From: a virus
Lineage: Duplodnaviria > Caudoviricetes
DNA length: 28,080 bases
Direction: 5' to 3' (one strand)
Virus record (IMG/VR): IMGVR_UViG_3300033067_001342
Coordinates: 1 to 28,080 of that record
Made by a program: the position numbers and the translations under genes. Position 1 is the stretch's first letter. Every line of letters starts with the position of its first letter. This document shows, piece by piece, positions 6,011 to 16,415 of this stretch. The notes under the pieces were generated by a model, which was given only the letters and a program-made list of their open reading frames with translations, made no database searches and was not told where the DNA came from.

Positions 6011-8228
6011 ACTTCGCTAGCATTATCCCAAACTTCTCCATAAGAGACTTGATAAGTTCCGGGGAGTTAGTGGGGAGGGCGGAAGCTTTTTTCTTTCTAG
6101 CCTCTTCTTCGATCAGCGCTTTCTCCGCCCCCTTATTAGTTTTCCTCATCTTCTCCAAATCCCCGTCTGGAATCAACTTCCGTATCTTAATAGGGATGTC
6201 GCCAAAATTTCGCCCCTTAATAGAGAGCGCCTCCCCAATGATATCATCTGGATCTAAATCAGCAACGGAGAATTTTTTATTCGCCGCATCCGGGGGAATG
6301 GACCCATTCGCATACATGGCCCTAAGGTCCTTCTTAGTAGCTGATACTTTATCCTTAAGATAGCTAACACGCGGGGCGATGTAATCACCGGAAAGTTTTG
6401 CCACTTCTTCAGCATCATCCGGGGAGTATCCTTTACGGATTAAGTGCCCCTCCACTAGCTTTTGCGTAGCAAGGGTAAGCATGGCTGAGAGGGCAATAGT
6501 GGGGGCATCCGTAGTTTGAGGAAGCATTCCCTTAATCCTCTCCATTTCCTGCCCAAGCGCTTGTAGACCCGTGGCATCCTTTTGGATATCAAATCCAAGT
6601 CCGTCCATAAGTTGTGTGAAGCGAACCTTGAATTCTCGCGTATCCGCGTCCTGATCTATTCCAGGGAATAAGCGCCGAAGGGCCACATCTGGATTTGCAG
6701 ACTGGGGGGCCATCTTCTCTGTTAGGAAATTAGGTAAGAAGGATTCACCTACCTTTTGATCCGCCGCGATAGGGTTATTTCCCGCCCCAAGAGCTTTATC
6801 TAGAACTCCAGTGGCCCCCGCTTCGAGCATGAAGTGAGAGCCTGTGTTTAATTTAGTACGTAGATTGGAAGATAGGTTTGTATCCTTAATACCTCCCCCT
6901 GATGCAAATACCCCATCCTTCCCCTTGGGAGAATTGGGATTGCGATCAATTGTATATCTATAACCAAGCCGACGACGGCGTTCATCTTCCTTTATTTGAG
7001 CCGGGGGGAGGTTAAGATTTAACGCCTCGGTAGCTTGGGCAACCCGGGTGTTTTTGTCTTGGGTATTCTTGATGGCCTCATTTACAATACCAGGAGCGCG
7101 CATTTCTGGCCGCGATTGAACCGCAGCTTGGGCTAGCTGTTGGCGCACAGGAGAATTAGAACTACTCCCTTGCCCTCCCCCAAGAAGCCCGCTTTTAGCG
7201 ACCATATCATCAAATACCGCCGCGTAGGGATTTGCTTTAGTTGACGTAGATGTTGTGGGGAGGGGAACCTTTTGATTATTCGCATCTATTCCCCAAGTTA
7301 CACCAGTTCTAGTCGTTGATTCATTTCCCCGCGCCCCACGAGAGATGATTCCCTTCATGAGGAGAGTTTTGTTAATACGTTCCTGTACTTTTTCTGGATC
7401 AGGATCTTTGCCCCCATTTGCGGCCTTCTCCATTTGATAGGCGTCTTGATATTCGCGAGAGCCATAGGGGGCAAAGAATTTATTCCGAAGATTCTGCCCT
7501 TCAGTCTGGGAGTCTATAAGTGCCCCCTTCTTCTTATTCATGTCCTGAACGCCCTGAATTTGCATCCCCCTAAGGACATCCCCGAATCCTTGGGCTACGT
7601 CTTTTTGATCCAGGGCACGCGTTCTCAGAGCCACATCAGCGGCATCTTTATCTGTCTTTTGGTTAATCTGGGCGTTCTTAGCCGCAAAGGTATTCTGGGT
7701 ATTTATCGATCTTCCAATCTCCGTCCCCTGGTCCTTAAGGAGGTTATCGAGAAGTTGCATAGCTTGGCGCTGTTGGTTGGCCCCCACGCCCATATCCCGA
7801 GTTTTGTAATCACTTAGGGAGTAGTCGATGTTACGGAAAAAATTACCGATCTTCGATTTCCCGCGCCGGTCCTCTTGTTTGGCTTCATTCGCGAGCGTAT
7901 TTGCGGTGATGGGTTTTATTCGGCGGCCCTCAGTATAGGTGACGTCGCCCGTAGAGGGATTTACCTCCGGGTCTTGCGTTTTTTGTGATTTAAAGAGAAG
8001 TCCTAGGAGGTAATCCCGGAGTTCTTCTCTTTTATCAAGATTCGTAGTGAGACGGGATTGGTAGTCTTTGATCTGATTTTCATTAAGAAATATCTGATCC
8101 ACAGAAGGCATCCGTTCATCGCGCCTAGCAGCGAGATCATTGAGGCGCTTTTCAAACTCCTCCCTATCTTTCTTACGTTGTTCTTCGGCGCGCTTACGTT
8201 CTTCGATTAGATTATATTCTTCGGCCAT
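6009..8228 (-). CDS. putative internal virion/DNA ejection protein (739 aa)
   Basis: Last gene of the virion arm; helical, charged and Cys-free. TGLQALGQEMERIKGMLPQTTD resembles a pattern common in podovirus ejection proteins. Function inferred from position. Confidence 0.65.
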   Translation of the reverse strand: MAEEYNLIEERKRAEEQRKKDREEFEKRLNDLAARRDERMPSVDQIFLNENQIKDYQSRLTTNLDKREELRDYLLGLLFKSQKTQDPEVNPSTGDVTYTEGRRIKPITANTLANEAKQEDRRGKSKIGNFFRNIDYSLSDYKTRDMGVGANQQRQAMQLLDNLLKDQGTEIGRSINTQNTFAAKNAQINQKTDKDAADVALRTRALDQKDVAQGFGDVLRGMQIQGVQDMNKKKGALIDSQTEGQNLRNKFFAPYGSREYQDAYQMEKAANGGKDPDPEKVQERINKTLLMKGIISRGARGNESTTRTGVTWGIDANNQKVPLPTTSTSTKANPYAAVFDDMVAKSGLLGGGQGSSSNSPVRQQLAQAAVQSRPEMRAPGIVNEAIKNTQDKNTRVAQATEALNLNLPPAQIKEDERRRRLGYRYTIDRNPNSPKGKDGVFASGGGIKDTNLSSNLRTKLNTGSHFMLEAGATGVLDKALGAGNNPIAADQKVGESFLPNFLTEKMAPQSANPDVALRRLFPGIDQDADTREFKVRFTQLMDGLGFDIQKDATGLQALGQEMERIKGMLPQTTDAPTIALSAMLTLATQKLVEGHLIRKGYSPDDAEEVAKLSGDYIAPRVSYLKDKVSATKKDLRAMYANGSIPPDAANKKFSVADLDPDDIIGEALSIKGRNFGDIPIKIRKLIPDGDLEKMRKTNKGAEKALIEEEARKKKASALPTNSPELIKSLMEKFGIMLAK

Positions 8229-8231
8229 CTA

Positions 8232-10907
8232 TTATCCCCTTCCAAATAATCCCGTATACCCACCGCTGCCCATTAGATTCTGAGTACCATTTAGATACTG
8301 GAGTTGTTGACCTAGGATACCCGCATAGGGGGCTTGGGAGAGTGCCCATGCGGAGTTGTTATTCCCGATTCCCTGGTTAAGATTTGAGAGGAAATCATTA
8401 AAGGCGGTGTTCATTAGGGTGCGGTTTCCTAGATCGTTATTCGCAAATCCAACGGATGTACTACCGTAATTATTTAACCCATCCTGGCGCGTTTGGGCGA
8501 GTTGTGCAGCGATGTTACCTAACCCAACGGCGTAATCCTGGCCTTGATTATTCACATTCGCGGCACTGTCTAAGAACCCTCTCATATTCGTGAGCCCCTG
8601 ATTTGTCATCGTGGAGCCTAGGGTCATCCTCGTAGAAGCGTCATCCGTAGCCGTTTTAAAGATATTCGCATATTGCCCGAGGCGATCATTTGCGATTCCG
8701 AGGGCATTAGAAGATAACCCGAGGGCATCATTCATGTTTTTAATGGCCCCATTGTATCCTTCTAACCCACTCGCCATTGCTCTACCCCCGGTACTCATGA
8801 TATCCGCCCCAGTAGTCATAGAGGAACCGTAACGAGACGCGGCGTTATCACCTGCTCCGGTTACTAATTGCCGGAAATTATCCATCATAGTATTACCACG
8901 CGAAGTTTGTTGTTCGGAGGCTTTCCCGAGAGCATCTAGGACGCTGTTTCGATCCGTGGAGTATTGGCCCTGGTATTTGGTTAGCTGTTCTAAGGCGGAT
9001 GAGATGGCCGCTAGATTGGCATTGGATTGGGACTGACCACGACTTGCCGCACCACCCAGGGCATCTAGGTAGTTCTTCTGTGAGGCGCTGGTGGCGTTCA
9101 TGATATCCGAAAGAGCACCCAAGCCCGCACTTTGAGATGAAACATTCTGTCCCCGTTGCGTTGTGGCACTCCCCAACATGTTGCCAAAAAGTTCGCTCAT
9201 AATCTTCGCCATCCCTTGCTGATTCGAGGCGTTCGCGATTTGGGCCTGAAGAGATCGACCAGCGGCACTATCCGCAAGTTGGGCATTAGCAGTGGAGGCT
9301 TGGGTGGCGTTATTTGCGTCTGCGATATTCATGTTGCCGAAGATTTGCTCACGACCGAGTTTGAGTTGCCCGAGAGCTTTGGCAAGATCCGCGCTCATCC
9401 CGTCCCTACTTAGACGAAGCTCGGTGTTCTTCATGAGAGCATCTTTCATCGCCTCACTTTGGGCTCTCATGGAATCCGATGCGAAGGAGCGAATAGCGGA
9501 ATCCATCTGGCCCCCACCAGCAATCGTAGGCGCGGGACCCCCCATTGCTGCGGCCTTCTTGATAGCGGCCATCCCAGCTTGATTAGCATTTCCAGCGGCG
9601 GTATCACGAGCGAATGAAATCACCTGATCGTCACTCATGATGGGATTTGAATCAAACTCTGCGAGGGCCTTCTCCAAGTATTCTTGAATTTTCGGATCAG
9701 CGGGGCCAAGATCCCTACTCATAGGAGTATAACCAACCGAACCACCCCCTCCACCTCCGGTAATTTGATTGGAACCCATCCCCTGAAACTGACTCATGAG
9801 ATTATTCCCCTGGGACATAAATTGGGCGAACCAAGGAGCAAGAGCATTCACATCCTGGCCCGCCACTCCCTGGGCGATTCCCATGTTTTGCTGGGCATCG
9901 GGGGAGGTTCCAAATGCGCCGGGGAAGGAGGCGTTTATGATGGCTTGATCATTCCCCGAGATATTGGGCCGATTCTGTAACCCTTGTAACGTATTCTGCG
10001 TCGTCTGGAATCCTTGGGCCGTGAAAGGATTATTCATTAACCCCTGAATTGCCTGTTGTCCGGTAGCACCTAGGATGGATGAAGGATCTTGATTATAGAA
10101 ATTCTGCATCCCCCCAATCCCTTGCATTCCGACGTTAAATTGGGCCTGTCCATTTTGATCCCAACCCCCGGTCTGTTGGGCGTTATTTATTAACCCCTGG
10201 CCAAACCCCATAGTTTGCTGACCCTGACGGGAGAGGGCATCGGACCGGGATAATCCACCTGCGGCGGTATCGCGATTTTGGAATCCGGCGTCGAATAGGG
10301 CTTGGGTATTCCCATCCATTCCCCCGTTCCTCATAAAATACGACGCGACATCGGAGGCATTTTGGGTATACGGGGTCATCCCGTTATTCTGTAGAATGTT
10401 CCCCCCGATATCGAGGAGGTTCGCGATGTAAGGATTTGCCGTTGAACCGTGGCCCATCAAAGTATCAAAGAGCCCTTGGGAATTGGGAGTCATCCCCCCG
10501 CCCTGAACGGCCCCGAGTAACTGTTCAATGGAGGAACCTAATTGGCCGTTATTTTGCTCTAGATTTGACCGAAGGTAATCTAGGACGGGATTATCATAAT
10601 TGGGAGTATTGATCTTATCAAACGCGCCCCGGTAGTCCCCGATCCCGGAGTAGAACATCCCCTGAAGACCATCGAACTGGTTCTGGTAGTTCTGGTTATT
10701 ATTGAAATATTGTTCTAGAAGTTGCTGATAAGCATTCTGGATATACCCATCAGGTAGTCCATTATCATTAACATACCCAAGGATATTCTCCCCCGCCGCT
10801 AAGCGATCTTCTCTGGCGCGATTAGCTTGATTTCGGCTCCAAAAGGCCCCAAGTAGATTAGCACCGGCATTAGCTAGTGCGGCTGGATCAATGGGTACTG
10901 GCGGCAT
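8232..10907 (-). CDS. putative DNA ejection/pilot protein, G/N/Q/A/S-rich (891 aa)
   Basis: Hydrophobic Ala/Gly N-terminus (AALANAGANLLGAFW), low-complexity helical composition, no Cys, located downstream of tail genes; AGGAG upstream. Confidence 0.7.
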   Translation of the reverse strand: MPPVPIDPAALANAGANLLGAFWSRNQANRAREDRLAAGENILGYVNDNGLPDGYIQNAYQQLLEQYFNNNQNYQNQFDGLQGMFYSGIGDYRGAFDKINTPNYDNPVLDYLRSNLEQNNGQLGSSIEQLLGAVQGGGMTPNSQGLFDTLMGHGSTANPYIANLLDIGGNILQNNGMTPYTQNASDVASYFMRNGGMDGNTQALFDAGFQNRDTAAGGLSRSDALSRQGQQTMGFGQGLINNAQQTGGWDQNGQAQFNVGMQGIGGMQNFYNQDPSSILGATGQQAIQGLMNNPFTAQGFQTTQNTLQGLQNRPNISGNDQAIINASFPGAFGTSPDAQQNMGIAQGVAGQDVNALAPWFAQFMSQGNNLMSQFQGMGSNQITGGGGGGSVGYTPMSRDLGPADPKIQEYLEKALAEFDSNPIMSDDQVISFARDTAAGNANQAGMAAIKKAAAMGGPAPTIAGGGQMDSAIRSFASDSMRAQSEAMKDALMKNTELRLSRDGMSADLAKALGQLKLGREQIFGNMNIADANNATQASTANAQLADSAAGRSLQAQIANASNQQGMAKIMSELFGNMLGSATTQRGQNVSSQSAGLGALSDIMNATSASQKNYLDALGGAASRGQSQSNANLAAISSALEQLTKYQGQYSTDRNSVLDALGKASEQQTSRGNTMMDNFRQLVTGAGDNAASRYGSSMTTGADIMSTGGRAMASGLEGYNGAIKNMNDALGLSSNALGIANDRLGQYANIFKTATDDASTRMTLGSTMTNQGLTNMRGFLDSAANVNNQGQDYAVGLGNIAAQLAQTRQDGLNNYGSTSVGFANNDLGNRTLMNTAFNDFLSNLNQGIGNNNSAWALSQAPYAGILGQQLQYLNGTQNLMGSGGYTGLFGRG

Positions 10908-10928
10908 TTTATATTACAATTCTCCTTA

Positions 10929-11093
10929 CTATTCCATTTTACCATCGAAACAAGCCTTGCAAAGGCCCATCAGAATGAGGTAATCATCGTCACTTTCCGG
11001 GTCTGCTTTGATATTAAGTTCCTCTTGGGAATACTTAATCATCTTCACTTCTTCGCAGTCTTTACAAGTGAAGCGCCGAGTTACTGTTGCCAT
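10929..11093 (-). CDS. small zinc-ribbon-like protein (54 aa)
   Basis: Strong AGGAGGAG before ATG 11093; CKDC...CKAC pairs. Confidence 0.65.
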   Translation of the reverse strand: MATVTRRFTCKDCEEVKMIKYSQEELNIKADPESDDDYLILMGLCKACFDGKME

Positions 11094-11141
11094 TTTTCTC
11101 CTCCTCTCCCTTCGGGTCAATTTGCCGAAGAAGATTATATT

Positions 11142-11960
11142 CTAACGTATAAGCCACCATTGGTTCCCGATCTTATCCGCCGTTATCACGTAACTCATGT
11201 AGGCGGCGGGCGTAGCGAGTGTGGCGGCACTATCGATATTCTCGGGACCGCCTATCGTCATCGTGTTGACGTCCGTTGAAATTTTCTTAAACGTGTGAAT
11301 AACACCAGAAAGGGTGGTTGAAACCGGAGGTAACGTAGCGAGTACATTCCCTGCCGTGGTATCGATGAGATACGTTGTGGATGTAGTAAGGGAGACGTTG
11401 AAATCGGCGCTCTTCCTCTCGACAACACTACCAAGGGGAGTCACATTAACGGCCACAGAAGACTGGAAATCTAGGAGGGATAGAACCCCGGAGGAGTGGA
11501 GAGTGGCGGCAGTTATCACAACGGTGATGGGTTGTGAGGCGGGGATGAATAATTCACCGGGGGATGTAGAGAAGACGTGGGTAGCCGCAAACTGGGTAAG
11601 TGTAAGCTGACTTACATCCTTGGGATTAAACGTCGTCGTTAAAACGGCGTAGTCCGACGAAGCCCACACCTGGAGTTGAACCTTATCATTCCTCGCGAGT
11701 TGTTCCCCGTTCCAGCCCACCACAACCTTAGCCCCTCCAATCGCCGGGGCGTTAGAAAGTAACTTAAATCCGGTAACGGAAGGGATGCGCTTTCCCGCTC
11801 CTGGTTGGGGTAATAAACCCCCTCCCTCAAAGGCTTTGGATTGGTTTAGAAGACGCCCGTAGTCGCTTTGAAACTGGGAGATATTACCCTTGGAGGACTT
11901 TTCCTTGGGCACCATCTCGGTAATCATATCCCGGATGCGGGCCATATCTATAGGAGACAT
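11142..11960 (-). CDS. short tail fibre/tail-associated protein
   Basis: C-terminal IDTTAGNVLATLP...G..HTFKK...MTI...NIDSA...NQWWLI matches a common tail-fibre terminal beta domain; follows the nozzle gene. Confidence 0.7.
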   Translation of the reverse strand: MSPIDMARIRDMITEMVPKEKSSKGNISQFQSDYGRLLNQSKAFEGGGLLPQPGAGKRIPSVTGFKLLSNAPAIGGAKVVVGWNGEQLARNDKVQLQVWASSDYAVLTTTFNPKDVSQLTLTQFAATHVFSTSPGELFIPASQPITVVITAATLHSSGVLSLLDFQSSVAVNVTPLGSVVERKSADFNVSLTTSTTYLIDTTAGNVLATLPPVSTTLSGVIHTFKKISTDVNTMTIGGPENIDSAATLATPAAYMSYVITADKIGNQWWLIR

Positions 11961-11965
11961 CCTAA

Positions 11966-14302
11966 CTAGACCTCCGTAGCTGTATAGTGGGGCTCAAATT
12001 CGACCACGAAACCGTATAGTTCAAGATATTTGCCGCTTTCGCTAAAGATACTTAATTGAATCCGATAGCAATCAATATCTGTCGAATACACATGAATAGA
12101 ATAAGACCCCGGAGATTCGTATTGAATTCGAGGGGGATCATGGGAGGTTAATTGCGTGGAGCCGCCGATGTTATCGTGGTTGAAATATACGAGTGGTGCC
12201 GCATAATCACCCCCGGTTGGGTAAGAGAAGGTAAACACTCGGGTACTCTTTACATCCCTCGTGGGGCGGTTGAAGGTATTCACGTGATTCCCCGGAGGAA
12301 CGCGAATGGGCATTGTGTAAAGAAACGCCTGGACTGGGGTTTGGGTGCCGTTAATCTGGAGATCTGTGGGGGCCACTAGGTTATTCTCCCGAAGTTGAGT
12401 CACAATCGAGGACCCAGTGGTGCCGATTGAGATGAATACTCCGGTGACAAGAGAGGAGTTCGCCTCTGTCGCAGCGAATGCGGTTACAATTCCCCCGATG
12501 GTCCACCTGGAGATCCACATGGGTTTGCGGCGCTCCTTACTCAGTTGGACATCATAGAGGTAGATCTCTGAGGTTACTTCGGTTGGATAGGCAGTGGAGG
12601 CGAGGAATAGGTACTCCTGGGTGGCCGTTTTGTAAAAATATAACGAAGCCCACCTAGATGAAGTGATGGCTTGGCCCCCAGTTAAGGGCATCGGATCGGA
12701 GATTCTATCGATAGTGTTACCGTTATCGGTAATCATGTAGATAGCCCCGGAGTTCGCGATAAACGCGATGTTGCCATTAGATGAGGCGGCGGTGGCGTTT
12801 AGTTCCGTTTGACGCGCGCCTACATCAAATACTTTTGTCACATAGAAGGCGTCCTTAGTGGAGCCAAACATCCGGTAAGTGGCTTTCGTGGTGAAAATCC
12901 AGAGAGATTCGTTATCACTCACGAGGCCTGTAATAACGTCATTGAAGACTTGATAATTGGCCCCGCCCTCCTCAAGATCCGTAGGGAAGGCTTCTTCGGG
13001 AACGCCACTACGAAGTTCCTCAAAGGCGGAGAATACGAGATAATTAGCGACCGCTATAAAGATACGTCGCGAGTGATTCGCCATCGCGTAGGAATTGGGC
13101 GTAGGATCATCAACACCGATTACCTGGGGAGGGACTACGGTGGGGGGAGGGGAGTTAGACGTAAGCGTGGGCGAGAGAGTGAAGGTGTCGATTTTAAGAT
13201 CCGGCACAGGATCGTTATATGTCGAAGAGGTCCCACCAGTGCCAAAGGAATCATCGTAATAGGTAAACGTACCTGCGCCCGGATTCGCAATCTCTTCGAG
13301 TAGATAAAAATCTCCCCCACCATCCGTAGATCGGTAAACGACAATCGTGGGGATGTTCGTAGTATCGGCGTCCCCTACGAGAGTCATCTTAGGGATCATA
13401 TCGAGGAACGCGAGAGTATTTGAGGGCATCAGGTCGGGATTGTATTCAATCGGTGCCCTATTAGAGATTGCGCCCGTTATTGATTTATACGCGTAGGAAT
13501 AAGACCACCCGAATTTCACAATAACCTGATGGTCACTTGCGGCCCAATCGTAATAGCGTACAACGGTCATATCCGCGTGTTCGGAAGCGAGAGTGGCCCC
13601 ATAGGCGCGCGTCACCGTAAAGGTGGTTGCTGCCTTAGCGGTTACATTCATCTGTTCCGTACCGACCCAGATGGTGAAGGGTGCGGCGGGGAATGAGGCG
13701 GTTGAGGTTACATTAAGGGTAGTGGCTGTCGCATCCACGGCGGCTGTTAACATCGTGATAGCCCCACTTAATCTCACGGGGGTATCTGGCCCCAAAAGCC
13801 CCCACGGTTTAGTTACTATTGAGCCCCCCGTTCCGTCTAAGATAACCGTCCCAAGTTTCTCCGAGGTTGTGACGGGATCGGGAAAGGATTTCACATACGC
13901 GAGTCCACGTGAAAAGACAATCATGTGAACGCGCGTAGAGCTATTACAGGAACGAAGCGCGGTAACTGTAGCCCACGCTACTCCACCAGCCGCGATCCAA
14001 ATAAGTGAGTAAAGACCCGTGGCGGAATCCTCAACGGAAGCGAGTTGGTAAGAGAGAACCGCCGTAGATGAGGGGGCGAAGGTTTCATAAGACCAAATCT
14101 TCCTAACCCTTCCGCCCGCGATTGTATCTCCGATCTTAGTTGAGAATCCCGAACGTGTTCTAAGGGACTTTTTCTCCGTTAAAACGAAATTAACGCACGA
14201 GGCGAACCGTTCCATGGAATCATCCACGGGGGAGCGATTCTCCCACAGACCTATATCCGGGGGAATTAGTTCATAGGAATCATAACGAGATTCTTTTGCC
14301 AT
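11966..14302 (-). CDS. tail nozzle / stabilization protein (P22 gp10 / T7 gp12-like role)
   Basis: 778 aa, beta-rich. N-terminal NFVL...LRTRSG, VYRSTDGG, RIFIA..LVFS and ITGL...LWIFT propeller-like segments; position after the adaptors. Contains an inserted LTAAVDATATTLNV...GTEQM...VTRAYGAT..EH module. Confidence 0.75.
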   Translation of the reverse strand: MAKESRYDSYELIPPDIGLWENRSPVDDSMERFASCVNFVLTEKKSLRTRSGFSTKIGDTIAGGRVRKIWSYETFAPSSTAVLSYQLASVEDSATGLYSLIWIAAGGVAWATVTALRSCNSSTRVHMIVFSRGLAYVKSFPDPVTTSEKLGTVILDGTGGSIVTKPWGLLGPDTPVRLSGAITMLTAAVDATATTLNVTSTASFPAAPFTIWVGTEQMNVTAKAATTFTVTRAYGATLASEHADMTVVRYYDWAASDHQVIVKFGWSYSYAYKSITGAISNRAPIEYNPDLMPSNTLAFLDMIPKMTLVGDADTTNIPTIVVYRSTDGGGDFYLLEEIANPGAGTFTYYDDSFGTGGTSSTYNDPVPDLKIDTFTLSPTLTSNSPPPTVVPPQVIGVDDPTPNSYAMANHSRRIFIAVANYLVFSAFEELRSGVPEEAFPTDLEEGGANYQVFNDVITGLVSDNESLWIFTTKATYRMFGSTKDAFYVTKVFDVGARQTELNATAASSNGNIAFIANSGAIYMITDNGNTIDRISDPMPLTGGQAITSSRWASLYFYKTATQEYLFLASTAYPTEVTSEIYLYDVQLSKERRKPMWISRWTIGGIVTAFAATEANSSLVTGVFISIGTTGSSIVTQLRENNLVAPTDLQINGTQTPVQAFLYTMPIRVPPGNHVNTFNRPTRDVKSTRVFTFSYPTGGDYAAPLVYFNHDNIGGSTQLTSHDPPRIQYESPGSYSIHVYSTDIDCYRIQLSIFSESGKYLELYGFVVEFEPHYTATEV

Positions 14303-14308
14303 TTTATC

Positions 14309-16357
14309 TTAGGTCCACGGTGACCAGGGGGAATAGAACTTAGGTGGCCTTCCCGAAGTAGCGGGGGCGTTTATCCCGGCAAAGGGATCTGGTTTTGGCC
14401 CCGGAGGTGTTGTAGAAGTGGGCGGGGGCGTAGTGGTACCACCTGGGGGCGGGGTTGTGTTGGTAAGATCACCCGTTCCTCCTCCCCCACCGTAGAGACT
14501 AATTCTGGATGCATCTTCGGCCTGTCTGGCGGCCCGCTCTTGTGCCCCGCTCTGTTGCGTAACCATCGTATCGTAGCCAACCGGAGGAAGTGGAGCCCCA
14601 CCAGGAGCGCCGTTACCAGTGGATTGGAAGGATTGGTTATTATTATTTGCCGGACCTCCGTTTCCGCCGGGGAATTTATAGGCATTTAAGAGGGTCCAGA
14701 TGGAATCCCCACTGGTATTAAGAGCTTGGGAGAAAATGTTTTGGTTAATATTCGATAGAGACGGAGTGGGGAACATTCCCTTAAACTTAGAATTATTCAA
14801 TGTCTCTAGAATCTGCTCTGCGTCAAATTTCGTCTGTGGCGCGCCCTTCATTCGTAATCCATAAGTCTCTGGATTGGCCCCACTACCGTCAAAATCCCCT
14901 AATAGGTATTGGAAAAAAGCAGGGGCGTTTTCTTGCGGAGAGTAAAAATCTAATGCCTTTCCTTGATAAAATTGATCGTTACCGATTGTCCTCGAACCAC
15001 CCCTTAGAACATCGGAGAGGGAGGGGAGGTTATTAAGGGAGAGGGCGTTATTAGTTGCGTTTAGATAATTTCTAACCTTCGTGGGATCACTAATATCATT
15101 AAAAACGTTGTAATTGGGGCCGTATCCAGAACCTAGCTGACCGGCAACGCTTCTAGAAAGGGAGTTAACATAATTTGCCACATCCTCGCGTTGCATCAGG
15201 GGGTATAGTTGGGAAATCGAATCTTGGGGGGCAAGAGAAGCGCGTTGCCCATTTTGCCCCGGTAGGAGAAAATTGCTAAGTACTCCTAAGTTATCTTTTG
15301 AGAGATATTTATTCGCATACTTGGGGTCATTGAAGATCTGCATAATCTGCGATAGATCCTCAAGTTCTGTTCCTGGAAGTTGATTAAAAATATCTTGACT
15401 CGGCGTAAGGGCGTAATTGGCGGGAGCGGGTCCATTAGCACCATCTGGGTCAACCCATTTCCACTTAAACCCCTGGGGCGGCGCACTTCCGGGAATAAAG
15501 GGAAGCCCGTCTTTACTATTTAATCCTACGAAATTCGCGGCGTTAAATGTCGGGTTCGCCTGTTGATTCATCTGGAGTTCCGCCATTCCAGGGAGGTTCA
15601 TAGCGCGCCGCATCTCATCTGTGATGGTGGGGGCGTATTGATATTGACTCTGGGATTTAATGTAATTATCAATGGCCGTTAGATACGCCTGTCGTTGGGC
15701 ATCGAGTGCCGGAAGTTGTGGCGGCGGTGGTGTTGGAGGTGGTGTAGTATTATCAGTTCCACCGCTGGGGGGAGGAGGTGGAGCGGATGGGGGAGGAGTT
15801 GTGACCACAGGACCACCACCCGGAGGCGTATTATTCCCACCCGCTGTTCCAGGTGAGGAAACCTGCGTAGCTCCACCTCTGGGGTTATTATGATACGCGA
15901 TGGCGTCAGGGTTTAGGGGAGCCCCCATGGTTTGAATTCCATACTTCTGGAGCGCATTAGGGAGGTCCGCGTCGGGGATTTGATAGTGACCCCAAGCGCC
16001 TTGGCGAACCCCATAGACGATTGAGTAACCAGGACGGGGAGTCCATTGGGAGCCCGTTGGGAGTGCGAGTTGGCCGGGGTCACTTGTTACATTGTTAGCT
16101 TGATAGGTGACGGGGTTATTAGCTAGACCCGTGGGAACCTGAGAGAACATATCGGAGATAGGAGATACTGTACCAGGAGGTAAAGATGGACCCGTGGGGG
16201 CATTTGCGCCGAAGAGTCCACTTAGCCCACTTCCGGTTCCGGTATTTCCGCCACCAGTATTTGTAGGAAGTGTGCCCGCGAAAAGGGAATCCCACCAATT
16301 AGCGGCCCCGTTCTGTGAAGGGATATCGGCAGCAGTAGGTACGGTAAAATTTGCCAT
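14309..16357 (-). CDS. Pro/Gly/Asn-rich protein of unknown function, probably virion-associated (682 aa)
   Basis: Long ORF co-oriented with its neighbours, AAGGAG upstream, poly-Pro/Thr linkers, no Cys. Confidence 0.75.
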   Translation of the reverse strand: MANFTVPTAADIPSQNGAANWWDSLFAGTLPTNTGGGNTGTGSGLSGLFGANAPTGPSLPPGTVSPISDMFSQVPTGLANNPVTYQANNVTSDPGQLALPTGSQWTPRPGYSIVYGVRQGAWGHYQIPDADLPNALQKYGIQTMGAPLNPDAIAYHNNPRGGATQVSSPGTAGGNNTPPGGGPVVTTPPPSAPPPPPSGGTDNTTPPPTPPPPQLPALDAQRQAYLTAIDNYIKSQSQYQYAPTITDEMRRAMNLPGMAELQMNQQANPTFNAANFVGLNSKDGLPFIPGSAPPQGFKWKWVDPDGANGPAPANYALTPSQDIFNQLPGTELEDLSQIMQIFNDPKYANKYLSKDNLGVLSNFLLPGQNGQRASLAPQDSISQLYPLMQREDVANYVNSLSRSVAGQLGSGYGPNYNVFNDISDPTKVRNYLNATNNALSLNNLPSLSDVLRGGSRTIGNDQFYQGKALDFYSPQENAPAFFQYLLGDFDGSGANPETYGLRMKGAPQTKFDAEQILETLNNSKFKGMFPTPSLSNINQNIFSQALNTSGDSIWTLLNAYKFPGGNGGPANNNNQSFQSTGNGAPGGAPLPPVGYDTMVTQQSGAQERAARQAEDASRISLYGGGGGTGDLTNTTPPPGGTTTPPPTSTTPPGPKPDPFAGINAPATSGRPPKFYSPWSPWT

Positions 16358-16415
16358 CTCTTATTAATTCTCCTTATCCTATTATCTCATCCTTTAGACT
16401 TAGGTTATTTTTTAA

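Noticed and set aside
13126-15800. G-rich runs (13126-13153, 15766-15797) as functional G-quadruplexes
   Set aside because: Irregular and explained by Pro codons on the minus strand.
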